From Planctomycetota bacterium (GTDB taxonomy: Bacteria; Planctomycetota; GCA-002687715; CAIWVZ01): a stretch of 64,000 bases of DNA. The translations under genes and the position numbers were made by a program. Under the pieces are notes generated by a model. The model was not told the origin of the DNA. It saw only the letters and a list, made by a program, of their open reading frames with translations, and made no database searches. The stretch lies in the NCBI GenBank assembly GCA_044222185.1, contig JBGANV010000001.1, positions 1,568,001 through 1,632,000 of the forward strand, in the 5' to 3' direction. This document shows positions 1 to 10,201 of the stretch, in pieces. The number at the start of each line of letters is the position of its first letter. The stretch's first letter is position 1.

Positions 1-770
1 GGCGACATCTCGACGCCCAGGTCTCCGCGCGCGACCATGATGCCGTCCGACACGTCCAGGATCTGTTCGATGTTGTCGACGGCGTCCGGTTTCTCGATCT
101 TCGCGATGACGGGGATGCTGGCACCGCGCTCCGTGATGAGGCGCTTGAGGTCGACGACGTCGCTCGCGTCACGAACGAACGACAGGGCCACCATGTCGAT
201 GCCGTGCTCGACGATGAACTGGAGGTCGACGTGGTCCTTGGGGGTGATCGACGGGATGCTGAGTCGCACCTCGGGCAGGTTCAGCCCCTTGCGCGACAGC
301 AATTGCCCTCCGAACTTCACGGTTGCATGGACGTCCCCACCCTCGATCCGCTCGACGACCAGTTCCAGGCTGCCGTCGTCGATCAACACCCGGTTTCCGG
401 GCTGAACATCTTCGGCGAGATGCGTGTAGTCGACGGCGATCACGCCCGGTCGGCTGAACTCGGCGCGCGACGTGATGATGACGCTCTGCCCGGCGACGAC
501 CTCCACGGGGTTGCCGTCGAGGACGTCACGGGTGCGGAGCTTGGGACCGCAGAGGTCGCCGACGATCGTCAGCGGACGCTCGATCCGCCGGGAGACCTCG
601 CGGACGCGCTCGACAAGTTCGTGCTTTGCTTCGTGCGCCCCGTGGGAGAAGTTGAGCCGAAACGCCGAGGCGCCCGCGCGAGCGAGCGCCTCGATCATCT
701 CGACGGAAGATGAGGCTGGACCCAGCGTCGCAAGAATGCGCGTGCCAGGGCGGTCGAGGAGTCGACTCAT
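1..770 (-). CDS. pyk: Pyruvate kinase (N-terminal part; runs off the window start)
   Basis: Manual reverse translation from ATG at 770: MSRLLDRPGTRILATLGPASS...FRLNFSHG...DLCGPKLR...AKIEKP...DGIMVARGDLGVEM, the canonical PK motifs. Absent from the ORF track because the stop is outside the window. Confidence 0.95.
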   Translation of the reverse strand, partial: MSRLLDRPGTRILATLGPASSSVEMIEALARAGASAFRLNFSHGAHEAKHELVERVREVSRRIERPLTIVGDLCGPKLRTRDVLDGNPVEVVAGQSVIITSRAEFSRPGVIAVDYTHLAEDVQPGNRVLIDDGSLELVVERIEGGDVHATVKFGGQLLSRKGLNLPEVRLSIPSITPKDHVDLQFIVEHGIDMVALSFVRDASDVVDLKRLITERGASIPVIAKIEKPDAVDNIEQILDVSDGIMVARGDLGVEMS

Positions 771-785
771 TTCGCGGAGTAACGA

Positions 786-1721
786 TCAGCCGAGCAGCGC
801 GATGTCGTCGCGGACCTTCTTGGCCGAGTCGTGCAACGCCGCCTTTTCGCCGGCGTCGAGGGGGAGCTCGATGATCTGCTCGAGCCCGCCCTTGCCCAAC
901 TTGCACGGCACGCCGACCCAGTCGTCGTTCAGCCCGTACTGCCCCGTGAGGTGCACGCAGCACGGAAGGACGCGCTTCTCGTCCCAGAGGATCGACTGGA
1001 TCATCGAAACGGAGGACGCCGACGGCGCGTAGTAGGCGGAGCCGGTCTTGAGCAGCGCGACGATCTCGGCGCCGCCGTCGCGCGTTCGCTTGACGAGCGC
1101 GTCGATCCGGTCCTGCTTCATCAGCGTCGTCAGCGAGATCCCCGACACCGTCGAGAAGCGCGGGAGCGGGACCATGCTGTCGCCGTGGCCGCCCAACACC
1201 ATGGCATCGACGTCCTTCATCGACACGCCGAGTTCCATCGAGATGAAGCTGCGGAAGCGCGCCGAATCCAGCACACCGGCCATGCCGATGACGCGCTTGT
1301 CACCGAACTTGGAGATCTTGTGGGCGAGGTAGGTCATCACGTCCAGCGGGTTGCTGACCATGACGATGATGGCGTTCGGTGAGCGCTTGACGCACTCGGT
1401 GACGACGCCGCTGACGATGGCAGCGTTCGTCTTGAGGAGGTCGGAGCGCGACATGCCCGGTTTGCGCGCGATGCCGGCGGTGATGAGGATCACGTCCGAG
1501 CCCTCGGTCGCGTCGTAGGTGTTCGAACCGGTGATCTTGGCGTCGAAGTCGAGCACCGGCGCCGACTCCATCATGTCGAGAGCCTTGCCCTGCGGCATCC
1601 CGTCGACGATGTCGACGAGGACCACGTCCGCGAGGTTCTTCTCGACGATCCGCTGCGCGGAGGTCGCGCCGACGTTTCCACCGCCAACGACGGTGACTTT
1701 GTAATGTCCCAATCCCGACAT
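786..1721 (-). CDS. mdh: Malate dehydrogenase (LDH-like)
   Basis: GGGNVG Rossmann motif, ARKPGMSRSDL, SNPLD, GVLDSARFR, GGHGD, KTGSAYYAP. Confidence 0.96.
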   Translation of the reverse strand: MSGLGHYKVTVVGGGNVGATSAQRIVEKNLADVVLVDIVDGMPQGKALDMMESAPVLDFDAKITGSNTYDATEGSDVILITAGIARKPGMSRSDLLKTNAAIVSGVVTECVKRSPNAIIVMVSNPLDVMTYLAHKISKFGDKRVIGMAGVLDSARFRSFISMELGVSMKDVDAMVLGGHGDSMVPLPRFSTVSGISLTTLMKQDRIDALVKRTRDGGAEIVALLKTGSAYYAPSASSVSMIQSILWDEKRVLPCCVHLTGQYGLNDDWVGVPCKLGKGGLEQIIELPLDAGEKAALHDSAKKVRDDIALLG

Positions 1722-1866
1722 CGCTGACTCCTCGGCGCCGTGTCCGAACGCTTGGCCGGCACGGCTGATTCAATGACGCCACGGATTTCCGTGGCGGGCC
1801 GATGGTAGCAGCGACCTCAACACGCCGAAGGGTGTGCGAGGTGCGGACGGGCAGGACTCGCGCGGG

Positions 1867-2988
1867 TCACTTGGGCTTCAGAAGCTTGTCCTTGTTCGAC
1901 GCCCACCAGGCGTCCCACTCCTTGGCGCGAGCTTCCCGCTCGGGAGCGGATGCGCCCGGGTCGAACGCAACGTCGGCCGACGTGAGCGCCTTCAACGCTT
2001 CGCGCGCCGACGCACGCACGAAGTAGTCCTCGTCGCGAAGCGATTTCAGGAGGATGGGGATCGAGCTGTGCGACCCGAGCTTGCGCAGTTGCCGCACGAC
2101 GGCGTCGCGCACGTAGCTCTCCGGGTCTGCAACCGCCGCTTCGAGGGCCGAGATGACGGTGTCACCCTTCAGGCGTCCGAGTTCGATCACGGCCTTGTAG
2201 CGCTCGGCGGCCTCCGGGTCCTTCAGCTTCCCGATGAGATCCCGCTGCTCCTTCTCCGCCGTCATGTCCGTCTCGGTCACCGGCGCCGACTCCGGAGTCG
2301 CGGGCGCGGTCTTCGGCATGGCGGCGAGCTCGGCGACCTTGGCCGCCAACTCCGAGACGCGGCGGTCGGATTGATCGAGACCAGCTCGCAGCGTGGCCAT
2401 GGACTCGGTGCCTTCCGCGCCGAGCTTCTTCAACGCATCGAGCTCCTTCGCGACCGCCGCCCGATCGGCCTTCATCGATTCCAGGACGCGCTGCTCGACG
2501 GCGGCGACCTCCGTGCGGAGCGTGGCGGCGAGGACGTTCCATTTCTCCGTGGCGCCGGCCAGTTCCTTCTCGACGCGGCCCAGCGATTCCATGAGGTCCG
2601 CGCGCTGCGTCGCGGCGTCCTCGCGGGAGAGCGACTCGCGCCGATAGGCATCGGCGTCCGCCCGCAGACGCGTGACGTCCTTGTCCACGCCCGAGAGCTT
2701 GGTCTCGACCGCCTGCAGCTGCCGCCCCATGAGGAACGCGGCCGAGCCGACGAGCGTCGCGACGAGCAGCAGCAATGCCACGACGACGCCCGTCGACACC
2801 CTTGCCGCCTCGCGAGGCTTGCGCGGCGCGCACTTGGCGCAGTAGATTTTGCCTGCATCGATCGCGATGCGATTCGCGTTGATGTCCTTCAGCGGGATGC
2901 TTTCGTTGCACCCGTCGCAGAAATAGATCTTGAGCGACATGTTGTGGCTCGGGTTGGGCAGGACCGCCTCACTCTGCGTCGCCGTCAT
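1867..2988 (-). CDS. Membrane-anchored protein: N-terminal CxxC...CxxC Zn finger, TM helix, coiled coil, C-terminal HEAT repeats
   Basis: CDGC...CAKC, hydrophobic helix VVVALLLLVATLVG, heptad-rich middle, HEAT-like units (DPESYVRDAVVRQL, DEDYFVRASAREAL). GAGGA-like RBS before ATG 2988; alternative start 2940. Confidence 0.8.
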   Translation of the reverse strand: MTATQSEAVLPNPSHNMSLKIYFCDGCNESIPLKDINANRIAIDAGKIYCAKCAPRKPREAARVSTGVVVALLLLVATLVGSAAFLMGRQLQAVETKLSGVDKDVTRLRADADAYRRESLSREDAATQRADLMESLGRVEKELAGATEKWNVLAATLRTEVAAVEQRVLESMKADRAAVAKELDALKKLGAEGTESMATLRAGLDQSDRRVSELAAKVAELAAMPKTAPATPESAPVTETDMTAEKEQRDLIGKLKDPEAAERYKAVIELGRLKGDTVISALEAAVADPESYVRDAVVRQLRKLGSHSSIPILLKSLRDEDYFVRASAREALKALTSADVAFDPGASAPEREARAKEWDAWWASNKDKLLKPK

Positions 2989-3173
2989 AGTCCGTTCCTC
3001 GTTCTGGTGTTCAGGCCCGGCCCAGGCTCGGTCCGCGGACCGGGTCCGAGAGCGCCGGCCCCGCTGTCATGGGGTCTCGACCAGTTTGAACGGCAGGACG
3101 TCTTGGCTGATTGAAGATTTCCCGCAAAGTGTGGTAACCGGGCCGCCCGGCTCCATCACCGGCGGCCGATAGT

Positions 3174-3563
3174 ATGCCCAAACGCCCCCCAAAAGCGCTC
3201 ATCGATCTTGGCCGGAACTTCCAGATCGACGTGTTTCGGGAGCACCTGTCCTCGCATCCGGACGATGCGTCGGTGCTCGAAGCCCTGGGCCATCTGCTCA
3301 CGCGGTGCGGGCGATTCGACGAGGGCCTGGCGGCCGACCGCCGGCTCGTGGACCTGACGCCGGAAGCCCCCGTCGCGCACTACAACCTGTCCTGCTCCCT
3401 GGCCCTGACTGGCGATCTCGACGCGGCGCTCGCGAGCCTGCGTCGAGCGCTCGAACTGGGCTATCGCGAGTTCGGCTTCATCCGGAAGGACCGCGACCTG
3501 AGGGACCTTCGCGCGGATCCGCGCTTCGAAGCACTGCTTCGCGAGTTCGGCGACGCCGCGTGA
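3174..3563 (+). CDS. Small TPR protein
   Basis: TPR pattern AHYNLSCSLALTG...ALELGY and terminal D.DL..LR.DPRF motif. Confidence 0.85.
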   Translation: MPKRPPKALIDLGRNFQIDVFREHLSSHPDDASVLEALGHLLTRCGRFDEGLAADRRLVDLTPEAPVAHYNLSCSLALTGDLDAALASLRRALELGYREFGFIRKDRDLRDLRADPRFEALLREFGDAA

Positions 3564-3578
3564 GGCGGAACCGGGCGC

Positions 3579-4193
3579 TCACTTGTAGACGAGCTCGGCC
3601 CGGCGCCGCTGCCACCACTTCGACCACCGGCCGACGGCCGCTGCGCGCTCCTCGTCACTGCCGGCGAAGTCGTACCCCAGGTCCTCCTTCGTGAATTCCT
3701 TCAACGCCTGGAAGGCCTTGTATCGCATCCGGCGGTCCTGGTCGCCGAGGAAACCGATCAGCACCGGCACTCCACTCCAATCCCGGAACTGCAGGAGCGA
3801 CGAGGCTGCCTCGTAGCGCACGACGGGATCCTTGTCGCGAAGCTGAGCACCGACGATGGCATGGGCCTCCGAGCCCCCGATCAGGCCGAGGACGTACACC
3901 AGGTTGGCACGCTGAGTGGCGTCGGTGTTCGGCAGGGTCTCCGCGATCGGCGAGAGGGCCAGCTCGCGATAGGCGGCGATTTCCTGCATGGTTCGGACGA
4001 GTTCCCCCCCCTGCTCGATCTTCATCTGCTCGATCTTCGAGCGGACGCGGGCCTCGACACGCTCGACGGGCGATGGACCGGTGGATGGCTGCTTCTCCTC
4101 CATGATCCCGCCGTCTGGGCGGAAGGTCTCGCTCACGCATCCCCCGCAGACCGCCAGAGCCGCCATTGCCAAACCTGCGACGCGCCAACCCAT
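3579..4193 (-). CDS. HEAT-repeat lipoprotein
   Basis: Likely start ATG 4193 (MGWRVAGLAMAALAVCGGC, lipobox-like); HEAT units DKDPVVRYEAA and DQDRRMRYKAF. Confidence 0.8.
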   Translation of the reverse strand: MGWRVAGLAMAALAVCGGCVSETFRPDGGIMEEKQPSTGPSPVERVEARVRSKIEQMKIEQGGELVRTMQEIAAYRELALSPIAETLPNTDATQRANLVYVLGLIGGSEAHAIVGAQLRDKDPVVRYEAASSLLQFRDWSGVPVLIGFLGDQDRRMRYKAFQALKEFTKEDLGYDFAGSDEERAAAVGRWSKWWQRRRAELVYK

Positions 4194-4236
4194 GCCGATT
4201 CTCCCTGGTCGGGCAGAAACCTCCGCCCGACTGAAG

Positions 4237-6510
4237 CTATCGGCCTGCGCGGGTCTCGGACCTGAATCGTCGGCCGTCCGATCGGAGCAACAGCCACACG
4301 GCCCAGGCTGCGGCCGACACGGCAAGCCAGGCGATTCGCGACCGTGGCTGGCCCGTCACCGGGTCGCTCGCGGCGTCGTCCCGCGCCTGGGGCGGCCACA
4401 CGTACTCAGGGTCACCTGGATACGGCAGCGGGACCTCGACCCGGCCCATTGCAACCGACTCGACCGCGCCCCAGGGCGTCGTGGGACGGCCGTCAGGCGG
4501 GAACCGCCACTGGCCCGGCGCGACCTCGGCAAGTGACCAGGTCCGACCCCCTGCCTCGAAGCGGGCGGAGTCGGTGGGTGCCGTCGCCGGGTCCGGCCAG
4601 ACCAGGACGAGGCGCCCCTCGATGACGCGGATCCGCGGTGCGTGCCGGCCGGCCGGCCGCGCGATGCGAGCCACCCACTGACCAACCTCGGGCTCGTCCG
4701 CCGAAAACGGCCATGCCGCGAACGCGGCGACGCGTCCCCGTCCCCGCAGGGTCTCGGCGACCAGGGGACGGCCGTCGGCGGTGGTCAAAGACACTTGGGC
4801 GTCGCGCCCGACCCGTACGCCGTTACGCCACGGGACGTCCGGACCCGGCCCGCCGTCCGACAGTCGCGTGGGGATCCGGCCGGCGACGAAAGCCTCTCGA
4901 TCGACGGCGTCGAGCAGTACGCGGGGCGTCACCGCTTCGGCATCGACGCGCCTCGCGCCGAGCCTGTCGACGCGCGAACGCGTCTGGGACTTCGGGTCCA
5001 GGAGTACGAACACGGTCTCGACGCGCAACGTGGCGAGGCGTGACCGCGCCGCATCCAACGCCCCATCGACGTCGGCGGACTCGTCCTCGGCATCGCTGAG
5101 GACGACGAGGACGCGATCGCGCTCCCCCTTCGGCGGGCTCCGGAACACCTCGGCGAGCGCCGGCGCCAGGCGCGTCCCGCCGGACGCGACGAGTTTCCGC
5201 AGCCTGGGCGTCGCGCCGGAAACGAACGCGTCGCCTCCCACCGGCTCGGCAGGGATCGCATCCAGGGGCTCGTTCGCGAACGGGACCACGCTGATCCGGT
5301 CATCGGGGCCAAGGCTCGACGCCAGAAGCACGACCGCATCGACCGCGCGCTCCAGGCGCCCCGAGGCTTCCATGCTCCCCGACCGATCGAGCAACACCGT
5401 GATCTCACGCGCACGCTCGGGCGCTGACGACAGCGGCAGGGTCTTCTCCAGCGCAGATGCCGCGTAGGACCCTCCGCGAAAGGCTCTCGGGCCGCCGATC
5501 ACGATCAAGCCGACTCCGGCTTCGTCGACGGCCGTCGAGAGTCGTGCGACCCCGTCAGCGTCACGGGCCCGCGCAACGGGAACGTCGGCGGCGATCACGA
5601 CGTCGAATCGTGCGAGCGGTGAGCCGTCGATCAGACCCTCCCAGGAATCCACACGGGTCACGTCGAGGTCCACGCCGGCGAGTGCATGCTCGACGAGCTT
5701 CGTCGCGGCCGATTCACCGACGACGCAGGCCGCCCGTCGTCCCGCCCGCCGCAAGGGCAGCGTGATCGTGTCGTTTGCAGGGACGCCATCCGGTCCCGCC
5801 TCGCGCACCAGGTGAACGGAGATCGAGTTGGCGCGCGGGTCCACGCGGATGTCGCCGCCGCAGGGTGTGAGGACACCAGGACGCACGGTCACGGGAGGCC
5901 AACCGGTTGCGGCGCCGTCGATCTCGATCGACACGTCCTCCGGCCCGGCCATCGACCCCGTGAGCGTGACCAGGATGCGTGCGGAATCGGCGGCGACGTC
6001 GACGGGTTCGCAGGGGCCAAACCGGAGGTCCGTCGCCGCGACGTCGAGGGGCCCCTCCAATACGAGATGGATGCGACGCTGGCGCAGGGTTGCGCTCGGC
6101 GCGGCCAGATCTCCAGGATTCCACCGCCCGTCCGAGAACAGGTGCGCAACGCCGCCCCGGTCGTCCGTGGTCAGCGACTCGACAACGCGCAAGGCCGCAG
6201 CCACGTCCGATCGATCCACGAACCCCGGCTCGATCCCCGCGAGACTTGCGGGGATCTCCGGCAATTCGTTCCCGAGGGGACTGAGGACGACGGCGCCCCG
6301 GCCGAATGCGACGGCCGCGACGCGACGCGACCCCTCCGCGCGCGCACGCCACCAATCACGCGCCCGCGTGTAGATCTGGAGCGGGTCAGGCCCATGACTC
6401 CGCGACACGTCGATCAAGAGGATGACGTCCGGCGCGGTCGACGCCGAGCGCATGCCGACGGCTCCGATGACGGCGAGCAGGAGCGCCAGTCCGCCGAAGG
6501 CCCAGCGCAT
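4237..6510 (-). CDS. Membrane protein with two VWA domains and a glutamine-amidotransferase-like middle region
   Basis: MIDAS-like motifs DVSRS and DRSGS, GGT and LSD; GVGLIVIGG..GGSY..LP segment; N- and C-terminal TM helices. Confidence 0.8.
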   Translation of the reverse strand: MRWAFGGLALLLAVIGAVGMRSASTAPDVILLIDVSRSHGPDPLQIYTRARDWWRARAEGSRRVAAVAFGRGAVVLSPLGNELPEIPASLAGIEPGFVDRSDVAAALRVVESLTTDDRGGVAHLFSDGRWNPGDLAAPSATLRQRRIHLVLEGPLDVAATDLRFGPCEPVDVAADSARILVTLTGSMAGPEDVSIEIDGAATGWPPVTVRPGVLTPCGGDIRVDPRANSISVHLVREAGPDGVPANDTITLPLRRAGRRAACVVGESAATKLVEHALAGVDLDVTRVDSWEGLIDGSPLARFDVVIAADVPVARARDADGVARLSTAVDEAGVGLIVIGGPRAFRGGSYAASALEKTLPLSSAPERAREITVLLDRSGSMEASGRLERAVDAVVLLASSLGPDDRISVVPFANEPLDAIPAEPVGGDAFVSGATPRLRKLVASGGTRLAPALAEVFRSPPKGERDRVLVVLSDAEDESADVDGALDAARSRLATLRVETVFVLLDPKSQTRSRVDRLGARRVDAEAVTPRVLLDAVDREAFVAGRIPTRLSDGGPGPDVPWRNGVRVGRDAQVSLTTADGRPLVAETLRGRGRVAAFAAWPFSADEPEVGQWVARIARPAGRHAPRIRVIEGRLVLVWPDPATAPTDSARFEAGGRTWSLAEVAPGQWRFPPDGRPTTPWGAVESVAMGRVEVPLPYPGDPEYVWPPQARDDAASDPVTGQPRSRIAWLAVSAAAWAVWLLLRSDGRRFRSETRAGR

Positions 6511-6515
6511 CGCGT

Positions 6516-7613
6516 TCACGCGCTCGCACCGACGGATTCGATCCACCCGCCGAGCAGCACGCAATCGCCGTCGTACGCGACCGCGGCCTGGCCTGGCGTG
6601 ACGGCGGACGTGGGGTCGTCGAACGTCACTCGCGCCGAGCCATCGCCCGCGAGCGTGACGGTCGCCGGCGTCGCCGTGTGCTGGTGCCGGATCTTCACGT
6701 CCGCGCGGAATTCCGCGCCGCTACCCGGCGAGGCGGCGCCGAACACGACGTCCCGAATGCGGAACGTCCGCTCGAGAAGGTCGTCGCGAGCGCCGACGAT
6801 CACGCGGTTCGCCGCAACGTCGATGCGCGTCACGTAGAGGGGATCCTTGCGTCCCCCGGGAAGCCCGCGGCGCTGTCCGATCGTGAATCCGGCCGTCCCG
6901 GCGTGTGCACCGATGACGACGCCGTCCGCATCCACGATCGGGCCGGGCACTCCCTCGCCGCCCGGCGCAGCGCGCACCACGTCGCGGTAGTCCCCCGTGG
7001 GAACGAAGCAGATCTCCATGCTCTCGGGCTTCTCGGCGACGCGGAGGTCCAACCGACGCGCGTGCTCGCGAACCTCCGACTTCGTCATCTCGCCCAATGG
7101 GAATCGCGCGCGGCGCAGGACGGCCTGGTCGAGTGGAAACAGCACGTAGGACTGATCCTTGCGGGCGTCCCTGCCGCGCGCGATCGCCAGTCGCGTCCCG
7201 CGATCGACGATCCGCGCGTAGTGTCCCGTCGCGACGGCCGACGCCCCGATCTCGTCCGCAAGGCGGAGGAGCCGGCCGAACTTGAACCTCCGGTTGCACT
7301 CGATGCACGGGTTCGGCGTCAGCCCGGCCCGATACGCGGCGACGAACTCGTCGATCAGTCCCGCGAAACCGTCCTCCAGGTCCACCGCGTAGAACGGAAT
7401 GCCGAGCTGGTCGGCGACTCGACGCGCGTCGAACGCATCGTCGAGCCCGCAGCACCCCTGGTGCCCGCGACGCCCCTCGCCCGACTTCACGCCATTGCGC
7501 ATGAACGCGCCGACGACCCTGAACCCGGACTCCTTCAGCAAGGCGGCGGCGACGCTGCTGTCAACTCCGCCGCTCATGGCGACGAGGATCGTCTGGGTGT
7601 CGTTCGACATCAC
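6516..7613 (-). CDS. mnmA: tRNA-specific 2-thiouridylase
   Basis: AMSGGVDSSV PP-loop, TPNPCIECN, ATGHYAR, KDQSY, TIGQRRGL, VTPGQ. Confidence 0.97.
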   Translation of the reverse strand: MMSNDTQTILVAMSGGVDSSVAAALLKESGFRVVGAFMRNGVKSGEGRRGHQGCCGLDDAFDARRVADQLGIPFYAVDLEDGFAGLIDEFVAAYRAGLTPNPCIECNRRFKFGRLLRLADEIGASAVATGHYARIVDRGTRLAIARGRDARKDQSYVLFPLDQAVLRRARFPLGEMTKSEVREHARRLDLRVAEKPESMEICFVPTGDYRDVVRAAPGGEGVPGPIVDADGVVIGAHAGTAGFTIGQRRGLPGGRKDPLYVTRIDVAANRVIVGARDDLLERTFRIRDVVFGAASPGSGAEFRADVKIRHQHTATPATVTLAGDGSARVTFDDPTSAVTPGQAAVAYDGDCVLLGGWIESVGASA

Positions 7614-7756
7614 GAATTCGGAGCCTCGATGGCGACCATGATAGCCCGCGACGCAGTCGCCGGAACGGCGCCCGCTGGTTCACCCCTGGAGCGCTGCTAC
7701 GATCCCGCCCTTCGTTGGCGACGTCGGATCGCAAACCATCGGCTTAGGACTTCAGC

Positions 7757-8092
7757 GTGATGTCGTTTCACCTCTTGCAGGGTCAGGGTTCGGACGTTCT
7801 GTCGACGCCTCTCCTCTTCCTCGGCGTCTTCGCCATCTTCTACTTCATCGTGATCCGCCCGCAGGGCCGGGAGCGCAAGAAGCTGGAAGCCGCGCGCGAG
7901 AACCTGAAGAAGGGCGATCGCGTGCTGACCATCGGCGGCGTCCTCGCCAGCGTCCAGCAGGTGAAGGAGAAGGAGATCGTCCTCGATCTCGACGGCAGCT
8001 CGCGAATGACCATCACGAAGGCCGCGATCCAGACGATCTTCACCGACGAAGCCGAGGCCGCGGCCGCGGCGAAATCGGCCAAAGGGAAGTAG
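7757..8092 (+). CDS. yajC: Preprotein translocase subunit YajC
   Basis: FYFIVIRPQ...LKKGDRVLTIGG signature. Confidence 0.93.
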   Translation: MMSFHLLQGQGSDVLSTPLLFLGVFAIFYFIVIRPQGRERKKLEAARENLKKGDRVLTIGGVLASVQQVKEKEIVLDLDGSSRMTITKAAIQTIFTDEAEAAAAAKSAKGK

Positions 8093-8134
8093 CCCGACCG
8101 GTCGACGGCTCGCTCCGCTGCGGCGGAGAGAGCC

Positions 8135-8497
8135 ATGCCGCACGAGCCATTTTTTCTCGGACGCTGGGCTGAAGATCGCGCTGAAACCCTCCTGCGGGCG
8201 GCCGGGATCGAGATCCTGGGCCGGAACGTGCGCACCCGGTCCGGCGAGATCGACATCGTCGGACGCGAGGGGCGCGTCCTCGTGATGGTCGAGGTTCGAC
8301 TTCGCCGCGCGAACATCGTCATGGCCTGGCGGAGCCTGGGAACGTCGAAGCGCACCATCCTCCTGCGCACGGCTCGAGAGGTCGCCGCACGGCTGGGGAT
8401 TCCCCGCAGCGTGGCCATCCGCCACGACGTCGTGCTGGCGGACGGTGCAGGCCGCCTCGTTCATCTCCGCGGAGCACTGCGCCGGCCCGAGCCGTAG
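8135..8497 (+). CDS. YraN/UPF0102 family PD-(D/E)XK nuclease-like protein
   Basis: G..AE...L...G..IL.RN...GEIDIV...VMVEVR...R.DV pattern. Confidence 0.85.
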   Translation: MPHEPFFLGRWAEDRAETLLRAAGIEILGRNVRTRSGEIDIVGREGRVLVMVEVRLRRANIVMAWRSLGTSKRTILLRTAREVAARLGIPRSVAIRHDVVLADGAGRLVHLRGALRRPEP

Positions 8498-8563
8498 ATC
8501 CACGGACGACGATGCGCACACTGAGCCGACGCCTGCGGCTATGATCCGCGCTCGGAGGAATCC

Positions 8564-10000
8564 ATGTCACCGATCGACCGGCGTTCCATGCTCGCGATTG
8601 CATTGGCTCTCACGCTCGCCTCGGCGGGTTTGGTTCGCGCTCAGGACGCGGCGCCGGCCTCGCGCCCGACGGGCGGCACGGCCCTCGGTCAACCCAAGGC
8701 CTTCCCCTACCCCTACACCTTCCCCCGCACGCCCGTCGCCGAACTGGTGGCGCGCCGCGCCAAGCTTGCGGCGGCGATCCGTGACGGCGCCGCCGTCGTG
8801 GTTTCGCAGGAGCCCCCGAGCCTCTCCTCTGGGTCTCGCTACCGCCCCGGCCACAACATCCTCTACCTCACGGGCGTGGACACGGACCTGTGCGCGTACG
8901 TGATGGTCGTCCACTCGGGGAAGATCACGAAGGAGACCCTCTTCCTCCCGAAATTCGATCGCTCCTACGAGCTGTGGAACGGCAAGCGGATCGTTGCAAA
9001 CGACGAAGCAACGCAGCTCACGGGGATCGAAGACGTGAAGGCCCTCGGTGCGAACGGACTGTCCGGAGGCGCCGTCAAGAGCCTGGAAACCATGCTCGAG
9101 GAGGTCGCGAACACGGTCACCGGGACCGTCTACATCGAGGCGGGATCGCGACCGCGCCGCGAGGGCACCGGCCTGAACCTCGCCACGTCGACGCGTGCCA
9201 GCCAGATCCTGGACTTCATGAAGTCGCGCAACGGGAAGCTCGAGACCAGCGGGCTCGACGGCTTGATGGGCGACCTCCGCGGCGTGAAGTCGCCGTGGGA
9301 GATCGCGCAGATCCGGGAGGCCGTCCGCGTGACCGGCGAGGGATTCGTCCGCGCGATGCGGCAGGCCCGGCCAGGCATGTGGGAATTCGAGTTCCAGGCG
9401 ATCATGGATCACGCGTTCGACGATTTCGGCTGCACGGGCGTTCCCTACTACCCGATCACGGCTTCCGGGCCGAACGCGTGCACGCTCCACTACACCGAGA
9501 ATCGCCGTCAGTTCCAGGACGGCGACCTCGTGCTGTGCGACATCGCCGCGGAGTACGGCTACTACGCCGCGGACATCACGCGCACGTTCCCCGCAAACGG
9601 GAAGTTCACCGAACGACAACGCATCGTCTACGAGGCGGTTCGCCGCGGCCAGGCCGCGGCAGGCGCCGCGCTCCGGCCTGGCATCGACCTGGGATCACTC
9701 GATCAGATCTGCCGGAAAGCGATGGCCGCCGCCGGCCTCAAGGATTCGGAGATGCACCCGCACGGGCTCAGTCACCACGTCGGGCTCGACGTGCACGACC
9801 TGGGAGGCTTCATGATGAAGCCCGGGATGCTCATCACGATCGAACCGGGGTCGTACCTGAAGCGCGAAGGCTTCGGCGTCCGCATCGAGGACGTCTACCT
9901 GGTGACGGAGACCGGCTCGGAGTGCATCTCATCGGCGATTCCGCGGGAGGTCGAGGAGATCGAGGCACTGGTTGGTGCCGCATGGCGCGCGAGCAAGTGA
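8564..10000 (+). CDS. pepP: Exported Xaa-Pro aminopeptidase (M24B)
   Basis: Signal peptide; LHY, D...EY..YAADITRTFP.NGKF, HGLSHHVGLDVHD, TIEPG, GVRIED. Confidence 0.9.
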   Translation: MSPIDRRSMLAIALALTLASAGLVRAQDAAPASRPTGGTALGQPKAFPYPYTFPRTPVAELVARRAKLAAAIRDGAAVVVSQEPPSLSSGSRYRPGHNILYLTGVDTDLCAYVMVVHSGKITKETLFLPKFDRSYELWNGKRIVANDEATQLTGIEDVKALGANGLSGGAVKSLETMLEEVANTVTGTVYIEAGSRPRREGTGLNLATSTRASQILDFMKSRNGKLETSGLDGLMGDLRGVKSPWEIAQIREAVRVTGEGFVRAMRQARPGMWEFEFQAIMDHAFDDFGCTGVPYYPITASGPNACTLHYTENRRQFQDGDLVLCDIAAEYGYYAADITRTFPANGKFTERQRIVYEAVRRGQAAAGAALRPGIDLGSLDQICRKAMAAAGLKDSEMHPHGLSHHVGLDVHDLGGFMMKPGMLITIEPGSYLKREGFGVRIEDVYLVTETGSECISSAIPREVEEIEALVGAAWRASK

Positions 10001-10006
10001 CCGGCG

Positions 10007-10195
10007 TCACCACCGCGATCGTTTCAACCGCTCGCGAAACGTGCCCGTCCAGATTCCATACAGCAGGTCGAGGACGATGACGATCGCGAGCGTCACGACG
10101 ACGCCCGCGGCGCCGATGAGACAGCTGAGGAACGTCACGAGATAGCCGACCGCGGCGATCGTCAGTTCAAGCCGACCCGGCGCGCGACGCGGCAC
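10007..10195 (-). CDS. Small hypothetical membrane protein
   Basis: 62 aa with two hydrophobic segments; fills the gap directly downstream of ribD on the same strand. Confidence 0.5.
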   Translation of the reverse strand: MPRRAPGRLELTIAAVGYLVTFLSCLIGAAGVVVTLAIVIVLDLLYGIWTGTFRERLKRSRW

Positions 10196-10201
10196 GAGCG
10201 A

